Below, one piece after another: positions 39,816 through 43,410 of a DNA stretch of 43,410 nucleotides (its first letter is position 1; each line of letters opens with the position of its first letter). The notes below the pieces were generated by a model. That model searched no databases, was not told the DNA's origin, and saw nothing but the letters and a program-made list of their open reading frames with translations. The position numbers were made by a program, and so were the translations under genes. Source of the stretch: an uncultured Eubacteriales bacterium (GTDB lineage: Bacteria; Bacillota; Clostridia; Lachnospirales; Vallitaleaceae); the NCBI GenBank assembly GCA_964546035.1, contig CAZJIO010000004.1, forward strand, positions 21,860-65,269, read 5' to 3'.

Positions 39816-39846
39816 TGTGCATTATGTGCAGTTTTTTATTTAATTT
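39816..39846 (+). terminator. Intrinsic terminator-like hairpin ending a ~260-nt non-coding transcribed stretch (candidate sRNA end or riboswitch expression platform)
   Basis: AACTGTGCA-tta-TGTGCAGTT followed by TTTTATTTAATTTTTTTT, 60 nt upstream of the membrane protein start. Confidence 0.4.
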
Positions 39847-39903
39847 TTTTTGAGAACAAGAAGAAATTGTCAATTAGTACCATCTTATTTTAAAGGAGTT
39901 TTG

Positions 39904-40287
39904 ATGAAAAATTATAGGATATATTACATATTAGCGTTTATATTTATATTGCTGACAGAGGTTGTAGGTGGCAATTATAGAAAGGTAATTTACAGTAATA
40001 ATATATTTGATTATGGTATCGCCGACATGTATCCAAATGTTGGAGCAGTATTAGTTGCATCCTTTCTATTTATGGGAATAGCAAAATATAAGGTATATAA
40101 AGACGAATTGAAAATAATTCTATGCTGCGTAGGTGGATTTAATCTTTATGAATTCTTTCAGATGACCCGATACATTGGAACGTTTGATATAAAGGATATT
40201 GTAGGAACATTTATTGGTGGTATCTTAGCATTTGGGATTCATAAATTAGTTCATATCAAATTCCCCTATAGTGTCAGTGATTTCTAG
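39904..40287 (+). CDS. Small hypothetical membrane protein (127 aa, ~4 TM)
   Basis: ATG 39904 with RBS AAAGGAG. Hydrophobic segments. The track ORF starts upstream at 39850 without an RBS. Confidence 0.45.
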   Translation: MKNYRIYYILAFIFILLTEVVGGNYRKVIYSNNIFDYGIADMYPNVGAVLVASFLFMGIAKYKVYKDELKIILCCVGGFNLYEFFQMTRYIGTFDIKDIVGTFIGGILAFGIHKLVHIKFPYSVSDF

Positions 40288-40449
40288 GGCAAGAGAACTC
40301 AGTAAAATAGCTAATGAAACAAGTACGCTTTATGATTTAGGAATGGCAACAAAGTGCAAGAAATAACTATTCATTTATTCAGAAGGATGTAGTAAAATAG
40401 TTATATGAACAATCTGAATTGTAAATGAGGATTTTTATGGAGGCACAGA

Positions 40450-40908
40450 ATGGAAATATATCATGCAAGTGGCGAAATAGTAGAGTTCCCCGAAATTAGA
40501 AAAGGAAAATACAGTAAAGACTTTTCTTGGGGGTTTTACTGTACGGAAAGTTATGAACAAGCCAAAAGATGGGCTAAGAGAAATAAAAAGACACCAACAA
40601 TTAATATATACGAATATAACATTTATGAAGGAATAAAAATCTTGAAATTCGATATAATGACTGAGGAATGGTTAGATTTTGTAGCTGTTTGTAGAGATGG
40701 AAGTATTCATGATTATGATATTGTAGAAGGGCCGATGGCAGATGATACGGTATGGAACTATGTAAATGATTACTTAGCGGGTGATATCTCTAGAACAGCT
40801 TTTTGGGAATTAGCAAAATTTAAACATCCTACCCATCAAATAAGTTTTCATACATTAATGGCTTTAGATTGTATAAAGTTTGAAAGGAGTGTAACAATAG
40901 ATGAATGA
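40450..40908 (+). CDS. DUF3990-family protein
   Basis: 152 aa carrying the WGF (SWGFYCT) and EGP (VEGPMADD) motifs that define this family; recalled from memory, unverified. Confidence 0.55.
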   Translation: MEIYHASGEIVEFPEIRKGKYSKDFSWGFYCTESYEQAKRWAKRNKKTPTINIYEYNIYEGIKILKFDIMTEEWLDFVAVCRDGSIHDYDIVEGPMADDTVWNYVNDYLAGDISRTAFWELAKFKHPTHQISFHTLMALDCIKFERSVTIDE

Positions 40909-41347
40909 TCAAGAAAAAAATGATTTGTTTTATGTATGCTCCTTAATTGAATACCTAGGTAGAAAGACTAAAAATAGACGAGCAGTTATAGTTGAATTGT
41001 TAGGAAAACAGGAAATTTATAGGCAGTTAGAGTTAGCTGAAGTGAATCATTGTTTATCTTTGGAACAAGTAGCCGATGAATTAGTAGAAGAATTCAATAT
41101 TTCTGAAGGAGAATTTGATTCGATAGGTGGAAGCCACTATCAAGTGCCAAGTGTTTCAGGAATTGCTAAGGATTACCAAAGATTGATTGTGGATGTCATG
41201 AAACCTGGAGATCATCTGGTTGATATTATGCTTGATGTCTTTCAATCTTTTATCAGTGATGAAATATCAGATTTTAATTCATCTGTATTTTACAGTAGTC
41301 CAGAGTATTTAAGGCTATCATTTGAGGAGGGTAAGTTGCTAGTATAG
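40901..41347 (+). CDS. DUF3791-like protein, translationally coupled to the upstream DUF3990 gene
   Basis: 8-nt overlap with the upstream gene. N-terminal FYVCSLIEYLGRKTKNRRAVIVELLGKQEIYRQLE resembles DUF3791; recalled from memory, unverified. Confidence 0.45.
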   Translation: MNDQEKNDLFYVCSLIEYLGRKTKNRRAVIVELLGKQEIYRQLELAEVNHCLSLEQVADELVEEFNISEGEFDSIGGSHYQVPSVSGIAKDYQRLIVDVMKPGDHLVDIMLDVFQSFISDEISDFNSSVFYSSPEYLRLSFEEGKLLV

Positions 41348-41550
41348 GTTCATAACAAGAGAATCGTCAGTGATGGCGATTTTTTTCTTTAAAGAGACTC
41401 TTGAAATATACACTATCTCCTTTATAATGGAAAGTAACATAAGCATTAATGGAGGCACGAAAACAGTTGGTATAAGTCTATAAAAGTTTATTAATATTTA
41501 TTGATATTTAATAGTTTTGATGTTATGATTATATCAAGAGGTGAATGCTA

Positions 41551-42192
41551 ATGAAATATTATTCTATTGGGAAATTTTCAAAACTAATAGGAAAAACAGA
41601 ACAAACACTAAGGAATTGGGATAAAAAAGACATTCTTACTCCCCATCACAAAGCAGAGAGTGGATACAGGTATTATTCGCAACAACAGCTTGATTATTTT
41701 TTTGGCATAAAAGGCATAGAAACCCATACAAGAAAAACGGTTGGATATTGTAGAGTAAGTTCTCACAAACAGAAAGATGATTTAGAAAGACAAATTGAAC
41801 ACGTACGAATGTACATGATCGCAAAAGGATATCAATTTGAAATCATACAGGATATAGGCAGTGGAATTAACTACAACAAAAAGGGATTAGATCAACTAAT
41901 CGATATGATAACTAACTCAGAAGTTGAAAAAATAGTTGTTCTTTATAAGGATAGGTTGTTGCGATTTGGGTTTGAACTCATCGATAACATATGTCGAAAA
42001 TACGGAACAGTCATTGAGATCATAGATAACACTGATAAAACGGAAGAGCAAGAATTAGTTGAGGATTTAGTTCAAATAGTAACCGTATTTAGCTGTAGAT
42101 TACAAGGGAAACGTGCAAACAAAGCCAAGAAGATGATTAAGGAGCTACTAGAAGATGATAAAAGCCAAGAAGATTCGGCTGTACCCAACTGA
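41551..42192 (+). CDS. tnpA: IS607-family transposase OrfA (MerR-like HTH plus serine recombinase catalytic domain)
   Basis: N-terminal HTH (YSIGKFSKLIGKTEQTLRNWDKKDIL). Resolvase-like core GYCRVSSHKQKDDLERQ with a catalytic Ser. Confidence 0.8.
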   Translation: MKYYSIGKFSKLIGKTEQTLRNWDKKDILTPHHKAESGYRYYSQQQLDYFFGIKGIETHTRKTVGYCRVSSHKQKDDLERQIEHVRMYMIAKGYQFEIIQDIGSGINYNKKGLDQLIDMITNSEVEKIVVLYKDRLLRFGFELIDNICRKYGTVIEIIDNTDKTEEQELVEDLVQIVTVFSCRLQGKRANKAKKMIKELLEDDKSQEDSAVPN

Positions 42193-43276
42193 CGACCAAA
42201 CTCAAAAGTTGTGGCAATCCGTAGGAACCGCAAGGTTCATCTACAACTGGACACTCAATAGGCAAGAAGAAAACTATCGAGAAGGTGGAAAGTTCATCAG
42301 TGATAACGAAATTCGAAAGGAAATAACTGTCCTAAAAAAAGAAGAACTTAAATGGCTCTCGGAAGTATCTAACAATGTAGCCAAACAAGCAGTAAAAGAC
42401 GGGTGCGACGCCTATAAAAAATTCTTCAAAGGATTAGCCGACAAACCCAAATTTAAGAGCAGAAAGAAGGCTAAGCCCTCGTTTTACAATGACACAGAAA
42501 AGCTGAAAATAGCATCACAGGCAGTTCTCTTAGAAAAAATAGGATGGATAAAAATAAAACCCGATCAATTACCTACATCACCCCACAAATACAGCAATCC
42601 AAGGGTAACTTATGACGGGAAGTATTGGTACTTATCCGTAGGAATTGACCAAGTTAAACCGCAAGTAGATTTAACGGATGAAATCATAGGAATTGATGTG
42701 GGTATCAAGGATTTAGCAATTTGCAGTAATGGTATGGTGTTTAAGAATATCAACAAAACCAGAGTAATTAAGCAGTTAGAAAAGCGAATGAGTAGGTTGC
42801 AACGCAAGGTATCTAACAAATACAAACAAAATAAAAAAGGAAAGGAGTATGTCAAAACCATAAATATTGTAAAGCTTGAAAAAGAGATTAAGTTATTGCA
42901 TAGACGATTGGCGAATATAAGAGCCAATCACTTGCACCAAGCAACGAATATGATTGTGAAAACCAAGCCATCAAGAGTTGTTATGGAAACACTGAATATC
43001 AGAGGAATGATGAAAAACAAACACTTATCCAAAGTCATCGCACAACAATGTATGGCTGAGTTTAAAAGGCAAATGAAATACAAATGCGAATGGTATAGTA
43101 TTGAGTTTGTAGAAGCCGATAAATGGTTTGCTTCATCCAAAATTTGTAGTTCATGCGGACATAAGAAACAAAGGTTATCACTATCAGAGAGAAAATATGT
43201 ATGTGAGCATTGTGAAACTGTGATAGACAGGGATTTTAATGCAAGCATCAACCTTTCGAAATATCAATCAGCATAA
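42155..43276 (+). CDS. tnpB: TnpB (OrfB_IS605 family, RuvC-like RNA-guided endonuclease) of the IS607-family element
   Basis: N-terminal OrfB_IS605 region. RuvC motifs (GIDVGIKDLA..). C-terminal zinc finger CSSCGHKKQRLSLSERKYVCEHCETVIDRDFNASINL. Confidence 0.85.
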   Translation: MIKAKKIRLYPTDDQTQKLWQSVGTARFIYNWTLNRQEENYREGGKFISDNEIRKEITVLKKEELKWLSEVSNNVAKQAVKDGCDAYKKFFKGLADKPKFKSRKKAKPSFYNDTEKLKIASQAVLLEKIGWIKIKPDQLPTSPHKYSNPRVTYDGKYWYLSVGIDQVKPQVDLTDEIIGIDVGIKDLAICSNGMVFKNINKTRVIKQLEKRMSRLQRKVSNKYKQNKKGKEYVKTINIVKLEKEIKLLHRRLANIRANHLHQATNMIVKTKPSRVVMETLNIRGMMKNKHLSKVIAQQCMAEFKRQMKYKCEWYSIEFVEADKWFASSKICSSCGHKKQRLSLSERKYVCEHCETVIDRDFNASINLSKYQSA

Positions 43277-43410
43277 GTTCACCAAAAAGAATATGCTGAT
43301 ATGTACCATTCGTTGTATGGGAATTTAAGCCCTCGGAGTGTTATATCAAACGAAAGTAGCTTATGCCAAATCGGACACGGTGAACAGGGAATTAAACTTA
43401 ATCTTATAGA
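43277..43410 (+). ncRNA. Candidate TnpB-associated omega RNA / IS right-end region (partial)
   Basis: Structured sequence immediately 3' of tnpB. Contains the inverted repeat GTTCACC ... GGTGAAC. By established knowledge, IS607/IS605 TnpB guide RNAs derive from this region. Confidence 0.35.

Larger units (their letters stand above)
41470..43410 (+). mobile_element. IS607-family insertion sequence (orfA serine recombinase plus TnpB), right end runs off the window. The left boundary is approximate.
   Basis: Overlapping orfA/orfB arrangement characteristic of IS607. No terminal inverted repeats expected. The 3' region after tnpB contains the structured right-end sequence. Confidence 0.65.

Overview
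This is a low-GC, Firmicutes/Clostridia-like chromosomal segment of about 43 kb. All calls below come from reading the sequence and the ORF track; none of the family assignments was checked by search.

Left third (1-19.4 kb): housekeeping and accessory genes.
- 5'-truncated selO.
- MDR-family quinone oxidoreductase whose N-terminus is broken by a 1-nt frameshift.
- Small operon: hypothetical protein, C_GCAxxG_C_C protein, TDT-family transporter.
- AT-rich stretch with an XRE regulator, followed by a tight three-gene operon: unknown protein, cytoplasmic GH20-like hexosaminidase, two-TM channel with a TrkA-C domain.
- AraC/GyrI-like regulator (minus strand).
- PQQ-like beta-propeller lipoprotein.
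- Flotillin/SPFH protein with an attenuator-like leader.
- Flavodiiron protein.
- LtaS-family sulfatase with acidic insertions.
- GerMN/Gmad2 lipoprotein.
- Protein with a tyrosine/proline-rich tail (possible spore coat protein).

Middle (19.4-27.3 kb):
- serS on the minus strand, preceded by a T-box leader.
- Zinc-ribbon protein.
- Large secreted protein: copper-amine-oxidase-like N-domains plus a beta-propeller (minus strand).
- Hybrid PAS histidine kinase with two receiver domains.

Right (27.3-39.3 kb): a complete Mo-nitrogenase cluster of the anaerobe type: nifH-nifI1-nifI2-nifD-nifK-nifE-nifN-nifB-[2Fe-2S] ferredoxin-modA-modB-nifV.

The most interesting signal is in the nifH 5' leader. 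It contains two short hairpins with hexaloops (A at position 1, G at position 4), and the second hairpin overlaps the 5' arm of an intrinsic terminator. This matches the RNA target architecture of ANTAR-domain antiterminators and suggests antitermination control of nif transcription.

Far right (39.3-43.4 kb): accessory region.
- Promoter plus terminator bounding a ~260-nt non-coding stretch.
- Small membrane protein.
- Overlapping DUF3990/DUF3791-like gene pair.
- IS607-family element (serine-recombinase orfA plus TnpB, with the start of the omega-RNA/right-end region), cut by the window edge.

No CRISPR array, tRNA or rRNA was seen.
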